IMG/VR virus record: IMGVR_UViG_2974506819_000001
Coordinates: 34,789 to 98,788 of that record
Origin: a virus
Lineage: Duplodnaviria; Heunggongvirae; Uroviricota; Caudoviricetes
Direction: 5' to 3' (one strand)
DNA: 64,000 nt
Both the position numbers and the translations under genes were made by a program. Every line of letters begins with the position of its first letter. Within the stretch, counting starts at the first letter, position 1. The notes beneath the pieces were generated by a model. It was not told the origin of the DNA. It did no database searches and saw only the letters and a program-made list of their open reading frames with translations. Of the stretch, positions 27,700-37,305 are shown piece after piece.

Positions 27700-28978
27700 T
27701 TTATCCGCGCAGATGGCCGCTATTAACGTTGTGGCCTCTACCGAGCTGGTAGAAAAGGTAAGCGACACGCACGACCTGGCCCGTCTTCAGAACAAACTGA
27801 ACGAAAGCCGTAACCGTGCTGAAACCGTTCGTTCGCTGTTGGTGAACACCCAACCGCATGAGCTGACCGTTGAAACCGCGAACTACATCGACAACCAGCT
27901 CAGTTCTATTGGGGCGTTACAGGTGGACGGTACTACCGTTCAGGGCGTGGAGTCACTGGGTTACACCCTGATGCCACGTCAGTTCCTGGAAACGCGTCTG
28001 GCGGGCTGTGAGGGCTTCCTGTCTAGCTGGGGTGCTAAGACCACCTTTATTGCTAAGCAAATCGCGGCGGCATTTAAAGATGCCTGGGTTCTGCTGCGTG
28101 AAAGCAATGACAGCCTGCTGAGCCGTTTGGATGCGCTGGACAAAGATATACAGCAAGCCGGGACTTTCCCGGAAGGAACCTCTGAGATTCTCATCGGGTT
28201 CCGTCTGTATAACCTGTTCCAGATTAATCACGAAGTAAAGGAAGACTGGATTAACCAGTTAACCAAAGTCAGCAAAACCATCAACGGTTTGTCGTCTAAC
28301 TACTACGTGATGTCCAAAAACAACCTCAACACCACGCTGAGCTATTTTGGCGGCTTCCCTAAGTTAGACGAAGCGAAAGCCACTGAACGCTACCTGATGC
28401 TGCCTGCGTCGATTCCGAGCGTACGCTTTAAAGAGTGTACTATCGCTGACCGTACGTGGCCGCAGAAAGGTATTGCCGCGTTCCGCAGTGTGGAAATGAT
28501 GGGCGGGCGTTTCTTTATGGATACCCGTACCCTGGACCGTGATCTGTCGCCGAAGATTCCGGAAGACGTTAACCAGTACCTGGTTGGGTATTTGGAAAAC
28601 GACCGGACGTTCTTTAACAACAAGCCTGAGAAAGAGTATAACGATCTCAAAGAAACCGTGAAGACCTTGGGGTCTGAACAAATCAAACAGATCGTGAAGC
28701 TGGCCCGTACCCTGTTAAAAGACTGGGAAAAGGTGTACATCGACGGCGAGAAGCACAAGCTGGTTGATAAAGACTACGAAGGCATCATGAAAGAGTTGCT
28801 GGACGCAGAGTGGAATGACGACCTGCGTTACTACGTGTTCAACGCCTTTAACGGCCTGGTCACGAAGAACCAGCAGGAACTGATTGAGCTGCGGGCGAAG
28901 GTGAATACCTACCTGGTGTTCTTAATCAACGGCATCATTGAGATCTGCTACACGTCGATTGAACTCAATCAGGAGTAA
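27683..28978 (+). CDS. phiKZ-like internal head protein (gp93/phiKZ_IP family)
   Basis: Propeptide ending QGVE|S...AGCE|GF, then an amphipathic helix; C-terminal helix typical of the family. Confidence 0.65.
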   Translation: MSDVNDLSAQMAAINVVASTELVEKVSDTHDLARLQNKLNESRNRAETVRSLLVNTQPHELTVETANYIDNQLSSIGALQVDGTTVQGVESLGYTLMPRQFLETRLAGCEGFLSSWGAKTTFIAKQIAAAFKDAWVLLRESNDSLLSRLDALDKDIQQAGTFPEGTSEILIGFRLYNLFQINHEVKEDWINQLTKVSKTINGLSSNYYVMSKNNLNTTLSYFGGFPKLDEAKATERYLMLPASIPSVRFKECTIADRTWPQKGIAAFRSVEMMGGRFFMDTRTLDRDLSPKIPEDVNQYLVGYLENDRTFFNNKPEKEYNDLKETVKTLGSEQIKQIVKLARTLLKDWEKVYIDGEKHKLVDKDYEGIMKELLDAEWNDDLRYYVFNAFNGLVTKNQQELIELRAKVNTYLVFLINGIIEICYTSIELNQE

Positions 28979-28981
28979 GTT

Positions 28982-30022
28982 ATGACGCCGTCTGTGTTGA
29001 TGTCCTATCGGGCAGGATTAGAAGAACATATCTCGTTACGAGAAAGCCATCAACAACTGATTGAGCTGGGTAAAATCCTGGACATGGACTTAAGCGCTGT
29101 GTCCGGGAATGAGGAGTTTGCAGACGACGCCAAAGAAGCGTTAAAAAGCGGTTTCATCTCGTTAGGTCAAGGTGTGCTATCCGCTAGTAAGTGGGTTGGG
29201 GGTCAAGCACTCGACCTGTTTACGAAAAGCATCTCCTCTGCCGGTTCTCAGTTGATGAAGGTCTTTGAAAGCAACGAAGGTCTGATTCGGAAAATCCGAA
29301 ACGCCGCGTCCGAACCGTCTTACTCGTTTAGTCTCTCCGTGGCACAGGTTGGGAACTTGACCTCAACCGGCCACTGGAAAGATTTCGAGCATGACATGGA
29401 TACGCTGTTGGCTACTCTGGAATCCACGTGGAAACACAGCAAGGATGTAAACGAGTATCTCAATAAACAGTTGGTGTGTGCCCGTAAGCTGAAAGGTGCC
29501 AAAAGTAACGACACCTTATTAAAGGTGATGGATGAGTTCGACGACATCACCTATCCCAAATGGAACCTTCCGGAACGCAATGGAAATACTATGTTGCTTT
29601 CTGACGTCTTACCGGAAGGTAAAGTCTTTAAATGTAATTACGACGCAAATGCCGGTAAAGTAGAATATTCTATGTCCGGTGATAAACCTGCGGGCGAAAG
29701 CAGTGATGTTGAATTGTCTAAATCTGAACTGGGCACTATCCTCAGCAAACTGGACAAGGTCAATGCGTTGCATAAAGCCATGAAGCAAGCCTACGACAGT
29801 TATCTGAGCTTTATCAAAGACTGGGGGTCTATGGTTAAATCCGTGGATTCAGGTCTCGGTGAAGCAGAGGGACTGAGTGGACATGTGGTTGGGGAAGCTG
29901 AAAAGCTGTTGGGTGGTGATGCCAAGGCATTATCATTCTATAGCGGGTTTTGCCCACGAGTGGTCAACTACACTGACAAGTACATTCATGGTGTGCTTGG
30001 TGTACTCGCTAAAGTAATTTAA
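28982..30022 (+). CDS. phiKZ-like internal head protein paralog
   Basis: AGLE and SGNE|EF sites; same overall architecture as its neighbours. Confidence 0.65.
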   Translation: MTPSVLMSYRAGLEEHISLRESHQQLIELGKILDMDLSAVSGNEEFADDAKEALKSGFISLGQGVLSASKWVGGQALDLFTKSISSAGSQLMKVFESNEGLIRKIRNAASEPSYSFSLSVAQVGNLTSTGHWKDFEHDMDTLLATLESTWKHSKDVNEYLNKQLVCARKLKGAKSNDTLLKVMDEFDDITYPKWNLPERNGNTMLLSDVLPEGKVFKCNYDANAGKVEYSMSGDKPAGESSDVELSKSELGTILSKLDKVNALHKAMKQAYDSYLSFIKDWGSMVKSVDSGLGEAEGLSGHVVGEAEKLLGGDAKALSFYSGFCPRVVNYTDKYIHGVLGVLAKVI

Positions 30023-30058
30023 TTAAATTCACTTTTGAAATTTCAAAGGAACAAGAAC

Positions 30059-31306
30059 ATGTCTTTAGATCTTCTGAATATGTACAAAGGCGCTGAAGAG
30101 CTGGACCTGGAAAACCAGGTTACTGAAACGGCTGAAGACGTTGCTGAAGAAGTGGCTCGCGCTGAAGTGGCTGAAGCGACTGTTGAGATCCAGGAGCAGG
30201 GTGAGCAAGTTGCCCAGCTGGTTGAAACTGTTCAAGACCTGGAAGAGCAGGTTGAAGAGCTGGAAGAAACCGTTGAAGGTCTGGAAGGCCTGCTGCGCTC
30301 TGGTAACTTCAACGCCGGCGCATTCGCGAACATGTACAACCGTGCTGCAAAACTGTCTGCCAACCTCGGCGGCCGTGCAACTGCGCGTATGGGTGCAGAA
30401 TCTTTCTCTGACGCAGCGACCGCTCAGGTAATGGCGCGCGACGGCATGGAAGGCTTCATGGATAAAGTCAAGGGTTGGGGTAAAACCGCCATTGAATTCA
30501 TCAAAAACATCTTCAACGCCGTGATCTCTTTCTTCGTTGGTATCTTCAACAAAGTTGAAGGCCTGCAGCGTCGCCACGATGCGCTGGTTAAGCGTGTTGA
30601 TGCCGCTGAGAAAGTGAAAGACAAAATCAAGCTGGGCGGCTGGAACGTTTGGATCGACTACGAGAAAAACGGCGCGTCTGAATCTAAAGCTAACAAGCTG
30701 GGCGACGCAGTTTCCAAACTGAACTCCTACTGCGAAGTAGCTAAGAAAGTTGAAAGCGCTAACGTCGGTGCATTCAACACTGCGTACACCGGCCTGGTTA
30801 ACGCGCTGAAAGCTGGCACTTCTGGCGGTAAAGAAGTGAAAGAAGGCAGCAAGAAGAAAGTGATGCAGGAAATCGGCGGTATCCGCGTTCTGTTCACTTA
30901 CGAAGCTGAATCTGTTGATAAAGCAGAAGACGCTCCGAAAGCTGCTAAAGCGCTGAAACTGATGGTTGGCAAAGCGCCGGAAGCCAAGAAACTGACTACC
31001 GGTGAAGTTGCTGCTAAAGCTGACAAATCTGCGCTGAAAACCGCGCTGGGTGAAGTTGCTGGTTCTATCTCTGGTCTGCGTCAGGGCAAAGCCGATCGTG
31101 CATTCTCTGCTGCTGAGCGCGACCGCGTGATCGCTTCTCTGAACACCGTGAAAGCGGCTAACGACGAAGAAGCGAAAGAGCGTAAAGGTCAGGTTGCAAT
31201 CGTGCGTGCCGTTTACTCTTCTGGCGCAAGCATCCTGAAAACTCTGGCTCAGGCCGAAACCAGCGCCGCTGATGCTCTGCTGAGCTGCGTAGCTGCACAC
31301 GTGTAA
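30059..31306 (+). CDS. Abundant phiKZ-like internal head protein paralog
   Basis: Glu-rich coiled-coil propeptide, EGLE, MGAE and DGME|GF sites, then the helix FMDKVKGWGKTAIEFIKNIFNAVISFF. Very strong optimal-codon bias. ATG 30059 after AAAGGA. Confidence 0.75.
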   Translation: MSLDLLNMYKGAEELDLENQVTETAEDVAEEVARAEVAEATVEIQEQGEQVAQLVETVQDLEEQVEELEETVEGLEGLLRSGNFNAGAFANMYNRAAKLSANLGGRATARMGAESFSDAATAQVMARDGMEGFMDKVKGWGKTAIEFIKNIFNAVISFFVGIFNKVEGLQRRHDALVKRVDAAEKVKDKIKLGGWNVWIDYEKNGASESKANKLGDAVSKLNSYCEVAKKVESANVGAFNTAYTGLVNALKAGTSGGKEVKEGSKKKVMQEIGGIRVLFTYEAESVDKAEDAPKAAKALKLMVGKAPEAKKLTTGEVAAKADKSALKTALGEVAGSISGLRQGKADRAFSAAERDRVIASLNTVKAANDEEAKERKGQVAIVRAVYSSGASILKTLAQAETSAADALLSCVAAHV

Positions 31307-31328
31307 GTAATCCCGCCGGGATTGTTAC

Positions 31329-31370
31329 TATAACAGGCCAGGTGAGCGAAAGCTCACCTGGCCTGTTATA
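31329..31370 (+). terminator. Perfect 19-bp hairpin with GAAA tetraloop
   Basis: TATAACAGGCCAGGTGAGC-gaaa-GCTCACCTGGCCTGTTATA, running into TATG and TATTTTTATTT. Confidence 0.85.
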
Positions 31371-31395
31371 TGCCTATTTTTATTTCGAGGTTTTT

Positions 31396-32496
31396 ATGTA
31401 TCCGACAGTGGTGGATGAAAAGCTTGTCCTTAGCCCAACCACAGCACAGTCCTATGAGAGTGCACCGGATGGCTATGATGCGATGTTGTCTGATGAAACC
31501 GAGACGGCGTTACGTAAAGAGAAGGAAACCCGTAAGGATGACGTAGACGGGTCTGAGTCTCTCTATCACAGTTTATCACGCTTAGTGTTACCGAAACCTT
31601 CTCTGGAGACCGTCGAGGGCTCAGAGGGCGTTCTGGGGACAATTAAAGGTGGTCTGTCTCGTTTGTGGAAATGGCTTAAGGAATTCCTGGGCTGGTTACG
31701 CAACATGATCTTTGGTCGTAAGGCACGGGTCAATCGTCAAGTTGAGGATTTGGCACAGCTGATTAAAACCGGTACGCTGAAACCCAAAGCCGTGTACCCG
31801 CACTCTATTGTTCCGTTGTGCCCTATTCAACGGGGTAAGCTGGGGGAGGTCCCGGGCAACCTGGAATGGTTGAAAGCGGAACAGAAACGCGTTCACGATT
31901 TTGTGAATACCGCTAAGGTCATTGTGAAGACCGCGGCTAAACAACTCAAGGAATGGGAACCGCTCTTCCGTAAAGTAGCTGACGGTAAAGAGGTGGATCT
32001 GGCTGCGTTCACGAAACCGGCGGTGTTAGGAGTCGCACTCTGGGGACCCCTTAAGTTACCGATTAAGCAACAGGACCCATACGACGAAATCCTGCATTAC
32101 GAAGGTGCTATCTTTGGGTCGTATGAAGCCAATATCTCCGTCGTTGGGAATGCGATGGTATTTAGTGTCTCCAAGTATAACGGTTACACGGGTAAACAAG
32201 AGTTCTCTACTTCCCCCAGTACAGCAAAAGATATCTTCACGGAAAACGAAAACCTGGGTAGTGCACTGGACAGTTTAAGCAGTGAGTGTGAAGACACCCT
32301 GAAGTCGGCTATCAAAGTGCTGGAGCGTGCTATTAACAGTATCCCCATGCAGTCCCGTGTTGGTCAGATAAAAGAAGCGACCCGTTTCATCAATTCTTAT
32401 ATTTCTGTGGTGAGTCGTTTCATGTCTTACTCAACGATTGATGTGCTGAAGATTCAAGAGTATATCAACCGTACCTTGTTGTCTGCTTATAAATAA
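31396..32496 (+). CDS. Internal head protein paralog
   Basis: DGSE|S and EGSE|GV sites, then GVLGTIKGGLSRLWKWLKEFLGWLRNMIFG. ATG 31396 after GAGG. Confidence 0.7.
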   Translation: MYPTVVDEKLVLSPTTAQSYESAPDGYDAMLSDETETALRKEKETRKDDVDGSESLYHSLSRLVLPKPSLETVEGSEGVLGTIKGGLSRLWKWLKEFLGWLRNMIFGRKARVNRQVEDLAQLIKTGTLKPKAVYPHSIVPLCPIQRGKLGEVPGNLEWLKAEQKRVHDFVNTAKVIVKTAAKQLKEWEPLFRKVADGKEVDLAAFTKPAVLGVALWGPLKLPIKQQDPYDEILHYEGAIFGSYEANISVVGNAMVFSVSKYNGYTGKQEFSTSPSTAKDIFTENENLGSALDSLSSECEDTLKSAIKVLERAINSIPMQSRVGQIKEATRFINSYISVVSRFMSYSTIDVLKIQEYINRTLLSAYK

Positions 32497-32505
32497 GGAG
32501 GTCAC

Positions 32506-33000
32506 ATGCGTGTGGCTATCATGAATACCGCGGCAATCATCAATAACACGTTGAGCGCCGATAAACAGGAAGGGTTTAACCCCAACCTGTTATCACTGAT
32601 GAACGTCAGTGAGAAGCTGTTCAAAATCGAATCGCCTTCTACTAATACCCATGCGCTGTTGGTAGAGAAGATTGACCTGGGGGAACTGTTCTGTAATACC
32701 CCTATCGATTTACGGGGTCTGACTTTTACCGATTCCCCGGCAGTTGATTTGACGGGATGGACCCAGTCTCTGAACGTCGATATCTTCCAAAACCTGCCTA
32801 AGTTGGATAACGAAGAGTGGGAGTATATTGCGGATGAAGATGTGTTGGGTAAGCATTTCTTAAACGCAGTTCGTCTTACTGGTTTGGTGACTTTATCCCG
32901 CACTGAAGTATCGTTGTCTGTATTGGACAACGTCATGACGATTGAGGCCGACAACGCCATGCTGTACAAGGGAAAGGTAGACGTTCTGCTGCCTGAATAA
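32506..33000 (+). CDS. Small beta-rich virion (tail/baseplate-associated) domain protein
   Basis: Ends in VMTIEADNAMLYKGKVDVLL, a 'v.l.a..ds..y.G...v' pattern recurrent in jumbo-phage tail-associated repeats. RBS AGGAGG. Confidence 0.55.
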   Translation: MRVAIMNTAAIINNTLSADKQEGFNPNLLSLMNVSEKLFKIESPSTNTHALLVEKIDLGELFCNTPIDLRGLTFTDSPAVDLTGWTQSLNVDIFQNLPKLDNEEWEYIADEDVLGKHFLNAVRLTGLVTLSRTEVSLSVLDNVMTIEADNAMLYKGKVDVLLPE

Positions 33001-33072
33001 TCTTATGTTTGTTGTATCCTTGGCCAAGGATATTTATCTTTTATCAACAATAAAAAACCACAGGAATTTAAG

Positions 33073-33990
33073 ATGGACGAGACCATTGACAATTTTGATG
33101 TAATCGAAGATGCACCCATTGAAGCAGAGTTCGCGGGCGAACACGCCGAAACACTGGTCGATGGAATCCTCGATACCATCCAGGGGAACGAATCTTTCCA
33201 CGGCGGCCTGACCCGCGCTCAGGAATACCTGAAAGCGGTAATGGAAGTTGACGGCGTAAGCTTCCACTCTGTTCATGGCACTGAAGGTGTGATGGACAAA
33301 ATCAAATCCGGCGCACACAAAGCGTGGGAAGCGGTGAAGCGTGCGTTCAAGGCCATCTGGTCTTTCTTCTTTGATAAGAAGATTGAGCGCCAGGCTAAGT
33401 CTATCTTCGATACGGCGAAAGAGTTTCGTCAGACTGCCGATCAAAAGATCAAAGGCTACAACGGCGAAGTTAATCAGGAATCCCTGAAGAAACGTTTCGC
33501 GATGATCGAGAAGGTCGAGAAAGAACTCGACGAGAAAGCAGATGCCGCGACCAAGAAAGCGCTGGACGAACTGCCGAAAAACTTCGAGCTCAATAAGCCG
33601 TACGTCAAAATGATGAAAGAAGCGGCAGAAGAAATCCGTAAAACCTACGGGCTGATGGACATCATCAAAGCGATCCATAAGCCGGCCGACCTTTCAACTG
33701 CGGTAACTAAGCTGGAAGAAGTAACGAAGAAAATCGTTGCTCACCAGGATAAAGTCCGCGGCGTGAAAAGTAACCTGGACAGCACGCTGAAAGAGATCGA
33801 AGCCATCATGGCGGATCCGGTTCAGAAAGGTCTTATCGGTAATGAGCACGTTGAGATGAACCTGAAAGTCGTTAAAACGTGTGCAGCGATCTTCCAGGAC
33901 TACATCACTGCTATCCAGAAGAAGATGAACCTGGTCAGTAAGCTGATGAGCTCCATCGACCGTCTCTTTGCTAAACCTGCTCAAGCTTAA
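33073..33990 (+). CDS. Processed head protein, paralog family 2
   Basis: QGNE|S...LTRAQEYLKAV...HGTE|GVMDKIKSGAHKAWEAVKRAFKAIWSFFF, followed by coiled coil. Confidence 0.7.
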   Translation: MDETIDNFDVIEDAPIEAEFAGEHAETLVDGILDTIQGNESFHGGLTRAQEYLKAVMEVDGVSFHSVHGTEGVMDKIKSGAHKAWEAVKRAFKAIWSFFFDKKIERQAKSIFDTAKEFRQTADQKIKGYNGEVNQESLKKRFAMIEKVEKELDEKADAATKKALDELPKNFELNKPYVKMMKEAAEEIRKTYGLMDIIKAIHKPADLSTAVTKLEEVTKKIVAHQDKVRGVKSNLDSTLKEIEAIMADPVQKGLIGNEHVEMNLKVVKTCAAIFQDYITAIQKKMNLVSKLMSSIDRLFAKPAQA

Positions 33991-34000
33991 GGAAAAGACA

Positions 34001-35074
34001 ATGTCTGAGATTGTAGTTGAAACGATTGAAGAAATCGAAGCGGCTCACCCCATGGTAGATGTCTCCCCGGAGCTGGAAGCGGTATCCGATCACGCTGAAA
34101 CTGTTATTCAGGGTACACTGGATACCCTGGACGGCACCGAAGGTTACGGACTGACCGATGCTCAACGTTATCTGAACTCAGTGCTGTACGCAGCGGGTGA
34201 AGTTCCTGCTCACGTTGCCGGCAACGAAGGCGTATTGTCTACCATTAAAGGTTGGGCGACTAAAGCTATCGACGCGATTAAGCGTGCGTTTAAAGCGATC
34301 TGGGATTACCTGTTCGGTAAGAAGAACGCAGAAGAAGAAGTTAAACTGCTGCGTAATGAAGTGAAGGCCACCGTTGAAAAGGTTAACACCTTTAAGCAGA
34401 AAGCCAAGTCATCTTCTGAAGGTTCTTCCGGTAACGTCGTTATCGCGCTGGCCAACAACTACTCTCGCGCTGCGAGCGAAGTTAAAGCCACTGATCCGGC
34501 TTTGGCGAAGCAGTACGAAACCGCTGCCGAACAGCTGAAAGAAAACCCAGTCATCACCAGCATGTCTGACAAGCGTATTGTCCTGGACGAAAAGCTTTAT
34601 AAGAAAATTAAAGCTATCGCCGCAGCTGCTGATGCCCATGTTAAGAAATGCGAAGATGATTTCCTGGACATGCGTAGTCAACTTCAAGACGAAGCTAACC
34701 TGCAAGAAATCAGCGTTTCTTTGTTTGGCCAATCGATGCATAAACTGCTGAAAGCAGTGGACAGCGTTCATGGTGTTGATGACATCACCAAAGCGCTGTC
34801 AGCGCTGGACGCTGAAATCTCTGGCTGGGGTCTCAGCAACACGCTGACGTCCATGAAACGTATTCGTAGCAAAGTCGAAGCAAAAATCAAACGCTTCGAA
34901 AGCGAGATGAGTTCCCAGGATGCACAGGAGCAGAAAGCCATGCGTAACGACATCAATGATTTCCAGGTGATTGTTCGTATGTGCAAAACTGTGATCAGCC
35001 GTATGGAAGCGCAACTCAACGCCGCTAAACGCCTCGCGAAAATGCTGCCGAAGTTACATCGTCTGCCTGCGTAA
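34001..35074 (+). CDS. Processed head protein, paralog family 2
   Basis: DGTE|G...LTDAQRYLNSV...AGNE|GVLSTIKGWATKAIDAIKRAFKAIWDYLFG. ATG 34001 after AAGGA. Confidence 0.7.
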   Translation: MSEIVVETIEEIEAAHPMVDVSPELEAVSDHAETVIQGTLDTLDGTEGYGLTDAQRYLNSVLYAAGEVPAHVAGNEGVLSTIKGWATKAIDAIKRAFKAIWDYLFGKKNAEEEVKLLRNEVKATVEKVNTFKQKAKSSSEGSSGNVVIALANNYSRAASEVKATDPALAKQYETAAEQLKENPVITSMSDKRIVLDEKLYKKIKAIAAAADAHVKKCEDDFLDMRSQLQDEANLQEISVSLFGQSMHKLLKAVDSVHGVDDITKALSALDAEISGWGLSNTLTSMKRIRSKVEAKIKRFESEMSSQDAQEQKAMRNDINDFQVIVRMCKTVISRMEAQLNAAKRLAKMLPKLHRLPA

Positions 35075-35083
35075 GGAGGGGCA

Positions 35084-36511
35084 ATGTCCACCGCAAAAGA
35101 CTTGCACCTGTTAAGTCTTCTGTATGGGGCTCCCGCCGAACAAATCGAAGAAATCCTCACAGGCTCTGGGTGCGTTGCGCTCAGAGCCGCTTTACAGGAA
35201 CAAGACCTGTTAGATTTGTTAGCGGCTCCCCGTGAAGATTTGTGCAAAGCCATTCGTTCTATTCTCAAGCTTTATCTCCAGCGGTCACAAGACCACCGGT
35301 ATGAGCAGATGAGTGTGAGCGAACCCGTGGGGGCGTTACTGGAAGAAATCCGTACCGCAACCAATAACGTTAACGACCCACCTTTACCGAGTCTGCAAAC
35401 AGTTGCCCGTGGCCTCATCGGTCAAGGTAAGCTGCCTAATGATTCTGAAAGCACACGTCCGGTCGAAGAACTGATCGACGTACTGCAGAAATTCATTAAC
35501 TGGGGATTAGATACCGTAAGTGATGAAGCCGTACAGAGTCCTTACCCGCTTCCTCGGTTAGTGCACGTTATTGTGTTTTTGGATGACGTCATGGTGATGT
35601 TGAACACCTATCTTACGTGTAAAGACAATCCTGATTATTCAGAAACCGAACTGATAAAAGAGAGTTTACCCATGAGTGAAACTATTCTGCTGGATCTGCC
35701 GGATGATGCATACGGCAACGTAGAAGAACAACTCGACCACGCCACCACCATTGTGGACGGTATGGAAGGCTTCCTGTTAAACGACTCGCCACGCGACCTG
35801 AGCTATGCTCAGCAGTACGTACACGGCGTGCTATATGCCAACGGTGCTATTCCGCAAATGCGTGAAGGTAACGAAGGCAAGATCATGGACACCATCAAGA
35901 AATCTGCCCAGAAAGTATGGGACACCTTGATGAGCGCCCTGAAAGCCATCAAAGATTTCTTCTTCGGTAAAGCCGATAAAGAAACCCAACAGGCTGCCCT
36001 GGCCATCGCTGATAAAAACAAAGCGACAATGGCTGCATCTGACGACAAAAGTGCCGAAATCAAAGACACCGCGAAAGCCGGTCTGTTGAAGCTGGCAGAA
36101 GCGTCTGATGAAAGCGGTGAGTTCAAGGCTGCAGCAGAAGGTCTGAACACCGTGTCTGATGCACCGTCTACGCTGGACAAGCTGAAGAACCTGATGAACA
36201 AACAGGTCTCTTCCGGCGGTAACCTGCGTAAGCTGTATGAAGCAGCAGAGAAAAAGGTGCAGGACCTGAAAGCCCTTATCTCTAAAGCTGACAGTGTGGC
36301 TGACGACGATAAAGAAGGCGCAGCAGCGGCGAAGCAAGAGCTGCAGGCTGGCATGAACGAAGCCAAAGAAGCGCTGACCGAAGCGAAGAAAGAAATGGGC
36401 CTCCACAAGAAGTTCATGAACGGTCTTCGCAAAGCCATGATCAACATCACCATGGCTATCTTCATGCACGGCAAGAACGTCGCTGAAGAAGTGAAAGAGG
36501 CCAACGCATGA
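35084..36511 (+). CDS. Head protein, paralog family 2, with an extra ~195-aa N-terminal domain
   Basis: The family module starts at internal MSETILL (35672): DGME|G...LSYAQQYVHGV...EGNE|GKIMDTIKKSAQKVWDTLMSALKAIKDFFFG. RBS AAGGAGG at the upstream start. Confidence 0.7.
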   Translation: MSTAKDLHLLSLLYGAPAEQIEEILTGSGCVALRAALQEQDLLDLLAAPREDLCKAIRSILKLYLQRSQDHRYEQMSVSEPVGALLEEIRTATNNVNDPPLPSLQTVARGLIGQGKLPNDSESTRPVEELIDVLQKFINWGLDTVSDEAVQSPYPLPRLVHVIVFLDDVMVMLNTYLTCKDNPDYSETELIKESLPMSETILLDLPDDAYGNVEEQLDHATTIVDGMEGFLLNDSPRDLSYAQQYVHGVLYANGAIPQMREGNEGKIMDTIKKSAQKVWDTLMSALKAIKDFFFGKADKETQQAALAIADKNKATMAASDDKSAEIKDTAKAGLLKLAEASDESGEFKAAAEGLNTVSDAPSTLDKLKNLMNKQVSSGGNLRKLYEAAEKKVQDLKALISKADSVADDDKEGAAAAKQELQAGMNEAKEALTEAKKEMGLHKKFMNGLRKAMINITMAIFMHGKNVAEEVKEANA

Positions 36512-37233
36512 AAAATATCCACCCCCGTGTCGTAGAGCTGTTGTCTAAGCAATTGCCAGCAACCGCACAAATTACGGGGGCAGTTTCGGTATCGGAAACT
36601 GAGTCAACTATCCTGGTGAAAAACAGTGGGGTAAAGAATCAGTTTAACTTACCGAAAACGGATATTGGAAATCGCTACCCGCATCGTGCCACTACCCTCA
36701 CGGTTAGTCGGACGTGTACCTATCGTGACGCTATTCAAAAGCTGAGCGATCGTGACCGTCTTTTCCTGCTTGGGGGTGTGGATTACGACAACGCTACCAC
36801 ACGTTTAGAGTTTGATGAAAACGGCAGGGGTGAAATTGCCCTGGCAATCTTGGACGACAGCATCATCTACACCGGAGCCATTAAGGTTAACCTGGTGTTA
36901 GCAGAGAAAGCGCTGACAACCAATGCCGAGCCGTTTACCTTACCATTAAGCTATGAGCGTGTAGCCCTGGCGTTAGTCCGTAAGGTGTTTACGGTAAAAG
37001 GCAATGTCTTTACCGGTAATCAACTCACCAAAGCATTTTGTCAAGCAGTTGTGTCGCACCTGACCTCATTCGGCTTTCCTTTATACAAGGATGCGCTTGA
37101 ACAGATGCAGCAGGGCGAAGTGCTTTCGGTTCACAACGACGGCGTTAGCGATATTCTCACGCTCCGTACTCTGAGTGGGATTTGTTACCTGATACGGTTC
37201 AAAACTCACGCTGAGGATGCTCCGGTATTGTAA
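36508..37233 (+). CDS. Virion tail/baseplate-associated protein
   Basis: ATGA-coupled. Contains EIALAILDDSIIYTGAIKVNL, the same repeat pattern as 32506-33000. Confidence 0.55.
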   Translation: MKNIHPRVVELLSKQLPATAQITGAVSVSETESTILVKNSGVKNQFNLPKTDIGNRYPHRATTLTVSRTCTYRDAIQKLSDRDRLFLLGGVDYDNATTRLEFDENGRGEIALAILDDSIIYTGAIKVNLVLAEKALTTNAEPFTLPLSYERVALALVRKVFTVKGNVFTGNQLTKAFCQAVVSHLTSFGFPLYKDALEQMQQGEVLSVHNDGVSDILTLRTLSGICYLIRFKTHAEDAPVL

Positions 37234-37239
37234 TCCTTC

Positions 37240-37265
37240 CCCTACTGCCTTTCGGGGCAGTAGGG
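37240..37265 (+). terminator. Hairpin with UUCG tetraloop
   Basis: CCCTACTGCCT-ttcg-GGGCAGTAGGG after the 37233 stop. Confidence 0.75.
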
Positions 37266-37305
37266 TGGGAAATTTTATAGTTCGCACAACATAAGGGTTG
37301 CTATA

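Noticed and set aside
30065-31300. 411-aa antisense ORF over the abundant head protein (likewise 11434-12189, 12208-13062, 14547-15200, 18904-19656 and 59783-60613)
   Set aside because: Same in-register shadow effect of optimal-codon usage; F/S/V-rich nonsense composition.
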